A DNA stretch of 64,000 nucleotides from Polyangiales bacterium (GCA_044229975.1 JBGARZ010000002.1:1017125-1081124); one strand, 5' to 3'. Positions 18,742 through 28,572 are shown, numbered from the stretch's first letter. Translations and numbers: made by a program. Notes: generated by a model from the sequence alone, not told the origin.

Positions 18742-19175
18742 GAGAGCCTCCGCGTTCCGGGATCGGCGGGATACGGCGTCAGGGCGAGGCGCTCACGGAC
18801 ACGCGCGTCGGCGCCCCACAAGAGCCCCGCGACCATCTTCAACAGAAACACCGGCTGCCGCACATAGTAGATCGGCGACCCGAGCAGGCGCTGGGCGTGG
18901 CGCTCGCGCGTCGCGGCCGACAGCCAGAACGCCGGCAGCGGCAGGTACACCGTGAAGAGCGGGGTGAGGTGGAAGAAGAGCGTTCCGAGCACGAAGCCCA
19001 GCCACATGATGGGCGCGGTCTCGCGCTGGTAGCGCGCGAGGTACGCGTCGAGGTCCATGTCCTCGATGCCCGGGAAGTGCTCCGAGCGCGGGTAGAAGGT
19101 CACCATCGCCGATCGGGCCAGCCAGGCAATCACGGCCGCGGAGCCTACCGGAAGGTCAGCGATCGTTGACGGCAA
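18738..19175 (-). CDS. Small hypothetical protein coupled to the GMC oxidoreductase (possible partner subunit); start uncertain
   Basis: GTGA overlap with the GMC start; one hydrophobic stretch. Confidence 0.6.
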   Translation of the reverse strand: MPSTIADLPVGSAAVIAWLARSAMVTFYPRSEHFPGIEDMDLDAYLARYQRETAPIMWLGFVLGTLFFHLTPLFTVYLPLPAFWLSAATRERHAQRLLGSPIYYVRQPVFLLKMVAGLLWGADARVRERLALTPYPADPGTRRLS

Positions 19176-19191
19176 TACTGTGTAACTGCGG

Positions 19192-21222
19192 TCAGCGCAC
19201 AGGGACGAGGTTGGTGCCGCCCGCGTAGGCGTACGAGACGTAGCGGTCGAAGCCCGAGACCAGCACCATCACGCCCTGCGGCGGCTGCCCCTCTGGCGTG
19301 ACCGCGCGCACCACGTGGACGCCGTCACCCTGCCGCCCGGCGGTGATGTCCGGCGGCATGGTGCTGTTGTCGATGCGCGGAAACGAGAGCTGGCACTGGT
19401 AGGTCACGTAGACCGGCGGTGGGCACTCGTTGGTGCGCGTAGGGACGCAGCCGTCGGAGCGCGTGCGGACGCAGTCGGAGAAGTCGCTCACGTCGGTGTC
19501 GTCGAGGTACACGGTGACCTCCGGGCGCGTGACGATCTGGACGAAGTCGAAGGCGTACTTGTTGGGCGTGAGAAACACGTAGTCCGTGCGCCACTGCTCC
19601 ACCGGCGGGACGATGATGAGCGCGGGGTCGCCGCCCGGCAGCGCGGTGGGAATCCCGGTGGTGGACTGCGACCCCTGGAGCTGGCCCACGGAGATGGGCG
19701 CGTCGCCGTGGATCTGGAAGTCCGCGAGCGCGCGGATGTCCCGGTAGCCGCCCTCTTCGAGGTCGAACTCGACCTTGGGGCCCGCGGGCATGGAGATGTC
19801 TTCGGGCAGCGTCGTGGTGACGTGCACGATGCGCGACGACACGTTGAGCACGCGGAACCACTCGGGCTCGTTGACCTCCGCCACCGAGGCGCCCGCGAGG
19901 TTGACCGCGCGGGTGCGGGTGGGCGTTCGCGAGGCGACGTAGTTCTGGCCCGCGGTGCCGGCGGGGAAGAGCTGCTCCTCGATGTGGTCGCACGCGGGCT
20001 GGCGCTCGGAGATGGTTCGCCAGAAGGGGACATCGGTGCACTCGGTTCCGGCGAAGACGGCCACCGGGCGGTCGGGCTGGATGAGGCTGCCGGTGAAGTC
20101 CGCGAGGAAGGCGCCGGTCTCCAGGTTGAGCACGTCGAAGGGACCGAGAATCACCTCGAAGGGCGTGCCCGCCGGGTGGCGCTCGCGGAACGGCCCGCCC
20201 GGGATGATGTCGGCCGTCGGCGTGACCCGCACCCGCGTGTTGGCGACGGTGCCCACGATGGTCATGTACGCGCGAATCTCGTCGCGCCCGTTGGTGTCCG
20301 GGTTGGTGGTCATCGACCACTGCTGCGGATAACCCAGGAAGCGATAGTTGCCGCCCAGAGAATTGGTGGGCACCAGCAGCGAAGCGTCGTTGGAGAACAC
20401 CCCGACGTTGGACAGCGGGTTGAACTGGTACGCGATGACCGGGTACGTCGACGTCACCTGGTAGGCGCGCGACGAGAGGCACGTCCCCGTCCCGTCGTTG
20501 AGCCCCGCCACCGTCGAACAATCCACCTCTCGCGCGGGCAGCTCGAACACTTCGAGGTCGCGCGGCGGAATCACCCTCCGCTCGACGACCTCGCGCACCG
20601 GCGGCATGCCCTGGGGCGCGGTGTTGCGGGCGATCTCGACGCGCACGGTGAGCACCGGGTCGGGGTTGGACACCACGATGCTGTACTGCTGCGACGCCGC
20701 CGAGCGGCCGCCGGTCTCCACGATGTTGTCGAGGTCGACGCCGAAGTACTCGCAGCCGATGTTGCTGTTGGCCACCGAGTCGTCGTTGCAAAGCTGCACG
20801 CACGTCCCGCGGCGGCACGCCTCGCCGATGGTGGTGTCGCAGTCGCGCACGGGCTCCCACCCGGTGCCGGCGGCGATGCAGCGCTCGACGCTCAAGGAGT
20901 TCTCGGTGCAGCGCAGCTCGCCCGGGCGACAGGACACGCACCACAGCCGGTCGTCGCAGATGCGGCCCTGCGGGAGGCAGGGCTCCTCCACCACGCGCGT
21001 GAGCTCGCCCGCGAGCTCGCAGGTCTGGTGGATGTTCTGGTAGCAGCGCTGCTGGCCGGGCTGGCACTCGATCCAGTCGCGCTCGCTGCCCATGGGTCTC
21101 GGCCGGGTGTCGGTGGTGACGCCGCCGTCCTCGGTGCGACGCGTGGTGTCCGCGCACGCCGCGAGCGCCATCGCCAGCATCACTCCCCGGAGACCCGCTC
21201 TGCCCTCTCGCATCGTCGACAT
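19192..21222 (-). CDS. Lipoprotein with IgGFc-binding-protein N-terminal domain and Cys-rich repeats
   Basis: Lipobox ALAAC; GCEYFGVDLDN, AYQFNPL, SNDASLLVP, DHIEEQLFP, GDPALIIVPPVEQWRTDYVF, SYAYAGG. Confidence 0.85.
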   Translation of the reverse strand: MSTMREGRAGLRGVMLAMALAACADTTRRTEDGGVTTDTRPRPMGSERDWIECQPGQQRCYQNIHQTCELAGELTRVVEEPCLPQGRICDDRLWCVSCRPGELRCTENSLSVERCIAAGTGWEPVRDCDTTIGEACRRGTCVQLCNDDSVANSNIGCEYFGVDLDNIVETGGRSAASQQYSIVVSNPDPVLTVRVEIARNTAPQGMPPVREVVERRVIPPRDLEVFELPAREVDCSTVAGLNDGTGTCLSSRAYQVTSTYPVIAYQFNPLSNVGVFSNDASLLVPTNSLGGNYRFLGYPQQWSMTTNPDTNGRDEIRAYMTIVGTVANTRVRVTPTADIIPGGPFRERHPAGTPFEVILGPFDVLNLETGAFLADFTGSLIQPDRPVAVFAGTECTDVPFWRTISERQPACDHIEEQLFPAGTAGQNYVASRTPTRTRAVNLAGASVAEVNEPEWFRVLNVSSRIVHVTTTLPEDISMPAGPKVEFDLEEGGYRDIRALADFQIHGDAPISVGQLQGSQSTTGIPTALPGGDPALIIVPPVEQWRTDYVFLTPNKYAFDFVQIVTRPEVTVYLDDTDVSDFSDCVRTRSDGCVPTRTNECPPPVYVTYQCQLSFPRIDNSTMPPDITAGRQGDGVHVVRAVTPEGQPPQGVMVLVSGFDRYVSYAYAGGTNLVPVR

Positions 21223-21287
21223 CCTTCCCGCGCGGCCCTCGTCACCGACGGGCCCGCGGCCAGTATCAGCGCGCATGTGCGGCCCGA

Positions 21288-22034
21288 TCAATCTCCGACT
21301 GGTGGCGGATCATGGAGCGCCCCGCTCCCCACGCTCACGTCGATGCGGTCGCGGTTGGCGTCGAGAAAGGCCCGATACGCCGCGTACACCGAGAAGCGCA
21401 CGGTCACCCTCCCCGGCGTGCGCGCCACCACCATCGATCGCCCGACGGCTTCGTCCCCTGCGCCGTGGGCGTCGCAGTAGCCGGGAGCGCGGCCATCGGG
21501 TGGCGCGTCGAGGGTCGCCTCGTTGCCTGAGAGCACCCCGACCTCGCGGACGGACAACCGCAGCGCGCGGGTCGCGGGCTTCGCGCAGCGCACGCAGGCC
21601 CCACCCCACGCGAGGGCGTCGAGGTGCGTCGCGTCGAGCACGCACTCGTACGCCGGGGCGTCGTGCGTTCGCTGAAACGGAACCTCGCGCACGACCCCGG
21701 TCGAGGCATCGACGTAGATGCCGCACGCGCGACACCGCAGGTCATGGACGCGGGGCCCGAGCACCGGCTCGTCGGCGAGCTGGACGATGTTGGCGCCGAG
21801 GAGCGACCCGCACCCCGGACACGGCGCCACGAAGGGTCGGCGGATGGACAGGAGGGTGAAGGCCGCGGGGATGGCGAGCACACCGGCCGCGACCCAGGCC
21901 CAGCCGCCGACGACGAGCCCGGCCACGCCCGAAGCGGTCGCAAACGAACCCCCGACGAGCGCGCGACGGACGATGAGCCCGACGTCGCGGCGCACCTCTG
22001 TCTGGTCGGGCGATCGTCGGCCGCGCAGGAGCAA
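21288..22034 (-). CDS. Membrane protein with two TM segments and zinc-ribbon motifs
   Basis: Two hydrophobic segments followed by CPGCG, CRACG, CVRC and YCDAH; start uncertain. Confidence 0.6.
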   Translation of the reverse strand: MLLRGRRSPDQTEVRRDVGLIVRRALVGGSFATASGVAGLVVGGWAWVAAGVLAIPAAFTLLSIRRPFVAPCPGCGSLLGANIVQLADEPVLGPRVHDLRCRACGIYVDASTGVVREVPFQRTHDAPAYECVLDATHLDALAWGGACVRCAKPATRALRLSVREVGVLSGNEATLDAPPDGRAPGYCDAHGAGDEAVGRSMVVARTPGRVTVRFSVYAAYRAFLDANRDRIDVSVGSGALHDPPPVGD

Positions 22035-22064
22035 TGGTCGCCGTCCCCCCTCTGCTCTGCTCTC

Positions 22065-22556
22065 TCAGGCCGCCGAGGGCTTCTGGGCGGCGGCCACGAG
22101 GGCGTCGAGGCGGGCGAGAATCTGCCGCTGGAGGTCGGCGATCTCCTTGAGCGCGGGGTCGCTGCCGAGCGCGCCTTCGTGGCGTGGCGCCGCGAAGAGC
22201 TGGGCGGTGATGGAGGGCCCGGCGGTCATCACGGCGGAGGCGATGGCCTTGCCGGCGTCGGTGCGCGCGAAGATGTCGGAGTACCCGACGGACAAGCAGG
22301 TGGTGATGAACACCAGCGCGTCGGCGGGGGTCTTCACCTTGGGGTTCACCTTGCGCTCGGCCAGGTAGAACAGCAGCGTCCCTCCGGTGATGGTCGCCAA
22401 CGCGGAGTCGATGGGGTCGCGGGCCACGACGGCGCGCGCAGAGTCCTTCGCGGACGACCAGGCGTTGCCGTCGCCGAGGATGCTTGAGAGGGCCTGGGAG
22501 GCCACCTGGCCGAGGACCTTCATCGCCTTCGGGTCGAGCTTCCTGGGGGTGCTCAT
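22065..22556 (-). CDS. Small KcsA-like (2TM) ion-channel-family protein
   Basis: FYLAE...NPKVKTPADALVFITTCLSVGYSDIFARTDAGKAIA matches pore helix, filter and M2 of the Ion_trans_2 family. Confidence 0.75.
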   Translation of the reverse strand: MSTPRKLDPKAMKVLGQVASQALSSILGDGNAWSSAKDSARAVVARDPIDSALATITGGTLLFYLAERKVNPKVKTPADALVFITTCLSVGYSDIFARTDAGKAIASAVMTAGPSITAQLFAAPRHEGALGSDPALKEIADLQRQILARLDALVAAAQKPSAA

Positions 22557-22705
22557 CGGGGCCCAACGATGCCCCACGCGGCGGCCCCTTGCACGCGCCA
22601 AACAAACGGCCGCGCCGACGATGCTTGACAGGGCTTCGCGGAACCAGCCATAGGCGTCGACGGTCGCGACGGAGACGGTCTTGTAGCTTCGCTTGAGGTG
22701 CCGAC

Positions 22706-24019
22706 ATGAGCGACGATCGACTCACCGGCGAGGAGCTGCACGACGCCTGGGCCGTGTTGTCGCCCGCCGAGCGCTTGGAAGGTTTCCAACACCTGGAGCG
22801 CTCTGAGGCGGACGAGTTCTTCCTCGGGCTCTCGACGCACGAGCAGGCGACGATGCTCCGCGTGATGCGCGAGGGCGAGCGCCGCTTGTGGCTGCGGTTG
22901 CTGGCCCCCGACGACGCCGCCGACCTCCTGCAAGAGCTCTCGGAGGACGAGCGGGTGGCCTGTCTCGGGCAGCTCGACGACGCCTCGCGCCGCGAGGTGA
23001 CGGCCCTCATGGCCTACGCCGAGGACGCCGCCGGCGGTCTGATGAGCCCCCGCTTCGCGCGGCTGCGTCCCAGCATGACCGTCGACGAGGCCATCCGGTA
23101 CCTGCGGCGGCAGGCGCGCGAGCGGCTGGAGACCATCTACTACGCGTACGTTCTCGACCAGGAGCAGCGCATCCAGGGGGTGGTGACCTTCCGCGACCTG
23201 TTCATGGCGCCGGGGGCCAAGCCGCTCGCAGAGGTGATGCACACGCAGGTCATCTCGGTGCCCGACACCATGGACCAGGAGGCCGTCGCGCGGGTCATCG
23301 CCGAGCACGACCTCAACGCGCTGCCCGTGGTCGACGCCGACGGTCGCATGAAGGGCATCGTGACGGTCGACGACATCGTCGACGTGGTGCAGCACGAGGC
23401 CACCGAGGACATCCAGAAGCTGGGCGGCATGGAGGCCCTCGACACGCCGTACATGGAGACGGCCTTCGGCGCGATGGTGCAGAAGCGCGGAGGCTGGCTC
23501 GTGGTGCTCTTCCTCGGCGAGATGCTCACGGCCAGCGCGATGGCCCACTACGAGCACGACATCGCGCGCGCCGTGGTGCTCACCCTCTTCATCCCGCTCA
23601 TCATCTCCAGCGGCGGCAACTCGGGGTCGCAGGCCACCACGCTCATCATCCGCGCGATGGCGCTCGGCGAGGTGTCGGGCCGCGACTGGGCGCGCATCAT
23701 CCGCCGTGAGCTGGCCGTGGGCCTCGCGCTCGGCGGGATGCTCGCGGTCATCGGCGTCATCCGCGTCATCGCGTGGCCGTCGGCCGCCACCGTCTACGGT
23801 GCGGCGTACGTGCGGGTCGCGCTCACGGTGGGGTGCAGCCTGCTGGGCGTGGTGATGTGGGGCACCATCGCGGGTTCGATGCTGCCGCTCATCGCGAAGC
23901 GACTGGGCTTCGACCCGGCCACGGCGTCGGCGCCCTTCGTGGCGACGCTGGTCGACGTCGCCGGGCTCGTCATCTACTTCAACGTCGCGCAGGTGCTGCT
24001 GCGCGGAACGCTGCTCTAG
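22706..24019 (+). CDS. mgtE: Magnesium transporter MgtE
   Basis: PDDAADLL, YAEDAAGGLM, CBS pair (GIVTVDDIVDV), PLIISSGGNSGSQ, DPATASAPFVATLVD. Confidence 0.95.
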   Translation: MSDDRLTGEELHDAWAVLSPAERLEGFQHLERSEADEFFLGLSTHEQATMLRVMREGERRLWLRLLAPDDAADLLQELSEDERVACLGQLDDASRREVTALMAYAEDAAGGLMSPRFARLRPSMTVDEAIRYLRRQARERLETIYYAYVLDQEQRIQGVVTFRDLFMAPGAKPLAEVMHTQVISVPDTMDQEAVARVIAEHDLNALPVVDADGRMKGIVTVDDIVDVVQHEATEDIQKLGGMEALDTPYMETAFGAMVQKRGGWLVVLFLGEMLTASAMAHYEHDIARAVVLTLFIPLIISSGGNSGSQATTLIIRAMALGEVSGRDWARIIRRELAVGLALGGMLAVIGVIRVIAWPSAATVYGAAYVRVALTVGCSLLGVVMWGTIAGSMLPLIAKRLGFDPATASAPFVATLVDVAGLVIYFNVAQVLLRGTLL

Positions 24020-24020
24020 C

Positions 24021-25361
24021 TCACAGCCCCGCGTCGCCAAGCAGGCGGCCGAGGAAGTCGTAGCGCTCTTGCAGGAAGTGCGGCACCTCGCCGTCCGCGG
24101 CGTAGAGGTTGTCGTACTGCTCGGCGCCGAAGGGGCTGCCCGGCACCGCGAGCAGCAGCGCCCGCACCTGGGCGTACTTCATGGCGAGGAGCGGCAGCGT
24201 GATGGCCGGGTCCATGGCCGCGCGGGCCACCTGGAGGTCACGGCGGTACTGCGCGCGCAGCTCGGGGTCTTCGAGGAGCGCCGTCAGGTGGCTGCGGTAC
24301 TCGGCCGGGTTGCTCGGCACGAAGGGGTCGGCCCCGGCGTCGGGCTCCAGCGCCGGAACCTCGTCCCAATCATCACCGAGCGGCCGCGCGATGTTGGTCA
24401 TGTTGTTCTGCACGAGCACCCAGTTGTACGGGTAGTCCGGGTAGTTATCGCCGGGCGCAAGGGCCTTCACCGCGGCCGACCACTGGAGGTAGGCGGGGAT
24501 GTCGAGCATCGTCGAGAGCGTGGCCCGATCGAAGGTTCGGCAGAAGGTTCCGATGAAGCCCGTGGTCGGCGCGAGGTAGCAGCCGTTTTCGTGGAAGGTG
24601 ACGTCGCGCGTGCCTTCGAGGCGCTGGCCGAGGTCGCGGTTTACGTCCTCGGTGAGCGTCTCGACGTTGTAGAGCGCGTCGTTGAAGTAGATCGCGACGA
24701 CGTTGGTGTACTTGTAGTGGATGCGCAGGTCGGGGCGCGCGAGGGCCACGCGGCGCATCACGCCAACCGAGAGCCACTCGTGCAGCGCGTAGCAGCGCCC
24801 GCGGTCGGTCTCGAAGCGGTCGCTGCGGTAGCCGTCGGGGAAGGTGATCGCCGAAGGGAAGTCGAGGCGAAACTGCCGCAGCATGGCGCAGCTCGAGTTG
24901 TTGCCGAGGCGCTGGCGGATGGTGCCGGTGTACGTCCCGCCCATGTACCGGAGCGTCATGGGGACGCGCGTCTCGTTGCCCATGGTGAGCATCGTCGCGA
25001 GGTCGGCGGGCGCGATGGTGATGCGAAACTCCGGCAGCGTCTCGTCGCGCCACATCGTCGGCAGCGCCGTCCCACCGTCGGCGCCCGCGTCCTCGGCGTC
25101 GCCCGTCGCGTCGCCGAGGTCGCTCGTCGCGTCCATCGGGCTTGCGTCCGTGAGCCCCGCATCACCGATGTCCGTCGCCGTCGCGTCGTCGCCCGCGTCC
25201 GTCGGTGACGACGGAACATCGCCCCCCGTGTCGGTCGACAGGTCGTTGGTGACCTCGACGTCCGTGGACATCGCCGCGTCCGCCGCGGGCTCTGGATCGG
25301 AGCAGGAGGCGAGCGCGAAGACACCGAGCAACACGAGGCCGGGAGCGTGGAGGTTTCTCAT
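24021..25361 (-). CDS. Lipoprotein with CotH-kinase-like domain
   Basis: Lipobox ALASC; Asp/Ala/Thr-rich linker; IRQRLGNNS..FRLDF, IYFND...LTEDVN, GDNY...NWVL, DWD. Confidence 0.6.
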   Translation of the reverse strand: MRNLHAPGLVLLGVFALASCSDPEPAADAAMSTDVEVTNDLSTDTGGDVPSSPTDAGDDATATDIGDAGLTDASPMDATSDLGDATGDAEDAGADGGTALPTMWRDETLPEFRITIAPADLATMLTMGNETRVPMTLRYMGGTYTGTIRQRLGNNSSCAMLRQFRLDFPSAITFPDGYRSDRFETDRGRCYALHEWLSVGVMRRVALARPDLRIHYKYTNVVAIYFNDALYNVETLTEDVNRDLGQRLEGTRDVTFHENGCYLAPTTGFIGTFCRTFDRATLSTMLDIPAYLQWSAAVKALAPGDNYPDYPYNWVLVQNNMTNIARPLGDDWDEVPALEPDAGADPFVPSNPAEYRSHLTALLEDPELRAQYRRDLQVARAAMDPAITLPLLAMKYAQVRALLLAVPGSPFGAEQYDNLYAADGEVPHFLQERYDFLGRLLGDAGL

Positions 25362-25447
25362 TGCGGGGGTCGGGGAGCCTATCAGTCCTTGGTGCCGCAC
25401 CGGGGATCAGCTTGACGGCCACCGCAGACCCGACAGAGTCTATTTGA

Positions 25448-26551
25448 ATGCCTGATGCATCTACCATAGTGAACGCGGCGGACACCCCCGCGGTCGAGCT
25501 CGCCGACACCTGGCTGCGGGTCTACCTCGGTGGTGGGCGCGGTCCCGCGGACTTCCACTACCGCTGGCTCCGTCACTGGTGCGACCGCGAGCGCCACCCC
25601 ACCACGCGCGAGCGCACCCTCGACTCCTCCGACCTGCCCGACCTCGTCACGCCGCGCGAGGCCCGCATCGACGGCGACGAGCTCTGGGTGCGCTGGGCCC
25701 CCGACGACCACGAGAGCCGCTACCCCCTCGCCTGGCTCGACCGACACGCCTACGGGCGCAACCGCGCGACTACCACACCGCCCTCGGACATCGCTCCGTT
25801 GGAGCTACACGCCGACGGCGCCGCCGACCCCGCGGTCATCGCCCGAGCGCTTGAGCTCGTGGGGGTTCATGGCGCCGCGGTGCTGCGCCGCACCGACCCG
25901 TCGCGCGCCCGGCCCGAGGAGGAGACCGAGGCCATCGCGGCGGCGATGGAGGCCCACGGGCTCACGGTCATCCCGACGCACTTCGGGCGCATCGAGGACC
26001 TGCGCACGGACAACACCACCAACAGCAACACCGACCAGCTCGGGTACACCGACGCGCCGATTCAGCTCCACACCGACCAGCCCTTCCTCGATCATCCGCC
26101 GCGCTATCAGCTGCTCCAGAGCGTTCGCTCGGCGGACGAGGGCGGGGCCAACTTCCTCGTCGACGCGCGCGCCGCGGCCCGGCATCTGCGCCACGTCGAT
26201 CGGGCCGCGTACGAGCTCCTCGTCCACACCCCGGTGACCTTCCACCGCCAGCAGAAGAACTTCGACCGCGTCGTCGTCTCCCCCATGCTGCGCGACCCCG
26301 ACGACGACACCTTCATGGTGCGCTACTCGTACTTCACCCTCGCACCGTACTCGCTCCCCTTCGACGAGATGGACGCCTGGTACCGCGCCGTCGACCGCTT
26401 CGCCCGCCTCGTCCGCGAGCCGCGCCATCAGCTCAAGCTCGCGCTGCGCCCCGGCGAGTGGCTGCTCTACGACAACCACCGGATGCTCCACGCCCGCACC
26501 GGGTTCCGCGGCCCTCGCTGGGTCCGCGGCGTGTACTTCGACCGCGCCTGA
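25448..26551 (+). CDS. Fe(II)/2-oxoglutarate dioxygenase, gamma-butyrobetaine/trimethyllysine hydroxylase-like (TauD family); real start may be GTG 25469
   Basis: N-terminal WLRHWC...HPTTRER...WAPDDHESRYPLAWL (DUF971-like); LHTDQP (HxD) and DNHRMLHARTGF (distal His). Confidence 0.88.
   Translation: MPDASTIVNAADTPAVELADTWLRVYLGGGRGPADFHYRWLRHWCDRERHPTTRERTLDSSDLPDLVTPREARIDGDELWVRWAPDDHESRYPLAWLDRHAYGRNRATTTPPSDIAPLELHADGAADPAVIARALELVGVHGAAVLRRTDPSRARPEEETEAIAAAMEAHGLTVIPTHFGRIEDLRTDNTTNSNTDQLGYTDAPIQLHTDQPFLDHPPRYQLLQSVRSADEGGANFLVDARAAARHLRHVDRAAYELLVHTPVTFHRQQKNFDRVVVSPMLRDPDDDTFMVRYSYFTLAPYSLPFDEMDAWYRAVDRFARLVREPRHQLKLALRPGEWLLYDNHRMLHARTGFRGPRWVRGVYFDRA
25460..25473. promoter_or_regulatory. 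Candidate operator box TCTACCATAGTGAA
   Basis: Resembles the palindrome at 28471; lies between the divergent CotH-like and dioxygenase genes. Confidence 0.4.
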
Positions 26552-26660
26552 CCGCCGCTCCCGCCTCTCGTATCCCACTCCATTCCTTCAGCATCATCAG
26601 CACATCGAGTGACAGCTGACGCTCGCCCGCGAGTCGACGAATTCGTTTGCCCACACATCA

Positions 26661-26694
26661 TCCACAATTATAGACGAATGTTCAGAATACTAGA
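26661..26694. promoter_or_regulatory. Paired operator-like boxes upstream of the PstS-like gene
   Basis: TCCACAATTATAGA (26661) and TTCAGAATACTAGA (26681), offset by 20 bp, in an AT-rich patch. Confidence 0.6.
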
Positions 26695-26738
26695 TGGCGT
26701 CCGGCGACCCTGCGCCGCGCGCCGGAAAGGTCTGACGA

Positions 26739-27914
26739 ATGGCACGACGACCCCCCGTCCCCCTCCTCGGAGCGGCGGCCGCCCTCGCGGCGCTGCTGCT
26801 CCCCGTCGCCGCGCAGGCGGTGGACTGCGACACGCTGACGAACCCGATCTACGGCACGGGCGGCAGCGCGCAGAAGCCCCTCCTCGCGCTGCTCGCGGCG
26901 CGGCTCGCGGCCCTCTCCCCGCCGCGCACGCTGGTCTACTCGTCGCCGGGCGCGTGCTTCGCCATCAACGCCTTCACCGCCACGCCGACGCGCATCACCG
27001 GCACGCCCAGCTACTGGACCGCGGGCGGCGTCGAGGCGACCTGCACGGTCCCGGTCACAGGGCAGGCGGCCGACTTCGGGTGCATGGGAAACTCGGTCAC
27101 GCAGTGCGCGGGCATCACGGCGCTCCCCGCCGGCGTCGGCGAGGTCGAAGGCCCCGTCACCGCCTGGAACTTCTTCGTCCCCGCGGCCTCGTCGCAGCAG
27201 TCGATCAGCAGCGCGGCGGCCTACTTCGTCTTCGGCTTCGGCAACACCGGGGGCGTCGCCCCGTGGACCAACGAGGCCTTCATCATCCGCCGCGACGAGA
27301 ACTCCGCCGCGCAGATCTTCATGGGCCTCGCCGCGGGCGTTCCCCCGACGCGCTTCCGCGGCGTCGACGCGATGACCAACGGGCGCTCGATCTCCCTCGT
27401 GGCCATGGCGGGCACCCCCGAGCAGGCCATCGGCTTCGCCAGCGCCGACAACGTCGACGCCAACCGTGCCACGGTGCGCACGCTGGCCTATCAGCACACC
27501 GACCAGAGCTGCGGGTACTGGCCCGACTCGACGGTCACCTCCTTCGACAAGGCCAACGTCCGCGACGGCCACTACTGGCTCTGGTCGCCCGCGCGTCTGA
27601 TCGTTCCGGTCGGGAGCGACGGACAGCCCAGCAACCCCCTCACCCGCGAGCTGGTCAACTACTGGAACGGCTCCGTCGAGACCCCCGAGGTTCCCTTCAC
27701 CGAGGTGCAGATTCGCAGCCGCAGCATCCCGCAGTGCGCCATGCAGGTCTGGCGCAACGGCGACCTCGGCGCGCTCTACAGCCGGGCGCCGAGCGCCCCC
27801 TGCAACTGCCTCTTCTCACAGATCGCCACCGGCTCCACCACCTGCGCGCCGTGCTCCGCCACGACCGCGTGCGCCACCGGCGTCTGCCGCCACGGCTACT
27901 GCGAGGCCTACTGA
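26739..27914 (+). CDS. Secreted Cys-rich PstS-like (PBP-fold) substrate-binding protein
   Basis: Signal peptide ending AQA; GTGGSA, IIRRDENSAA, QAIGF and DGHYWLW echo PstS motifs; many cysteines including a Cys-rich tail. Confidence 0.6.
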   Translation: MARRPPVPLLGAAAALAALLLPVAAQAVDCDTLTNPIYGTGGSAQKPLLALLAARLAALSPPRTLVYSSPGACFAINAFTATPTRITGTPSYWTAGGVEATCTVPVTGQAADFGCMGNSVTQCAGITALPAGVGEVEGPVTAWNFFVPAASSQQSISSAAAYFVFGFGNTGGVAPWTNEAFIIRRDENSAAQIFMGLAAGVPPTRFRGVDAMTNGRSISLVAMAGTPEQAIGFASADNVDANRATVRTLAYQHTDQSCGYWPDSTVTSFDKANVRDGHYWLWSPARLIVPVGSDGQPSNPLTRELVNYWNGSVETPEVPFTEVQIRSRSIPQCAMQVWRNGDLGALYSRAPSAPCNCLFSQIATGSTTCAPCSATTACATGVCRHGYCEAY

Positions 27915-27915
27915 T

Positions 27916-28359
27916 ATGCGCGCCACCATCCTGACTCTCGGCGCGCTCGCGCTCGCCCTCTCGCTCGGCTGCGACAAGGCCGAAGAGGCCGCCCCCACCG
28001 ACAGCGGGCCCATCGTTCGCGACGTGGGCTTTGCCGACACCCATACAGTCACCGACACGCCGGTTGTGACCGATGCGCAGACGCCCGGGGACAACCCCGT
28101 CATCACCGACACGCCCGTGGTGACCGACGTGCAGACGACCGACGGCGGCGCCCCCGACGTCCAGGCGATCGACGTTCCGGCGGACACCGGGCCAGCGGAC
28201 GCCGGGAGCTGCGAGGGCGACGGCGGATGCTTCGCCTGCACTCCGACATCGTCGGTGCAGTTCCTCAACCGTTGCACCACCGCGAGCTGCGCGCGCTTCG
28301 ACAACGCCGCGCGCCTCACCCGCCTCAACGCCGACGGGGGCCTTCCCCCGCTGCCTTGA
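27916..28359 (+). CDS. Small Cys-containing lipoprotein
   Basis: Lipobox LSLGC; repeated TDTPVVTD; C-terminal C..GCFACTP...FLNRCT..C..FDN..RL. Confidence 0.8.
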   Translation: MRATILTLGALALALSLGCDKAEEAAPTDSGPIVRDVGFADTHTVTDTPVVTDAQTPGDNPVITDTPVVTDVQTTDGGAPDVQAIDVPADTGPADAGSCEGDGGCFACTPTSSVQFLNRCTTASCARFDNAARLTRLNADGGLPPLP

Positions 28360-28395
28360 GCTCGAGCCCCCACGTCTCTCCAGACGCCCATCACC

Positions 28396-28504
28396 TCTAC
28401 TATTCTAGATGCCACGATCGAAGCCGGGGCCGCTCATCTAATTTTCTCGAACTGGCTTGCGGCATCGCGATCTACAATTGTAGACACACTTTCATCATAG
28501 TGGA
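28396..28504. promoter_or_regulatory. Cluster of operator-like boxes upstream of the porin gene
   Basis: Perfect 14-bp palindrome TCTACAATTGTAGA at 28471-28484; TTCATCATAGTGGA 20 bp later (28491); TCTACTATTCTAGA at 28396. Confidence 0.65.
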
Positions 28505-28572
28505 TGCTTTCGACGGTGCTGGGCGCCCGTCGCCCTTGAGCCCGTCGACCGACGCCGGAGACCGCCGTACCG

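Noticed and set aside
22557..22705. Mg2+ (M-box) riboswitch upstream of mgtE
   Set aside because: The short region is shared with a divergent gene and I see no recognisable conserved M-box sequence; a TTGACA at 22625 lacks a convincing -10.
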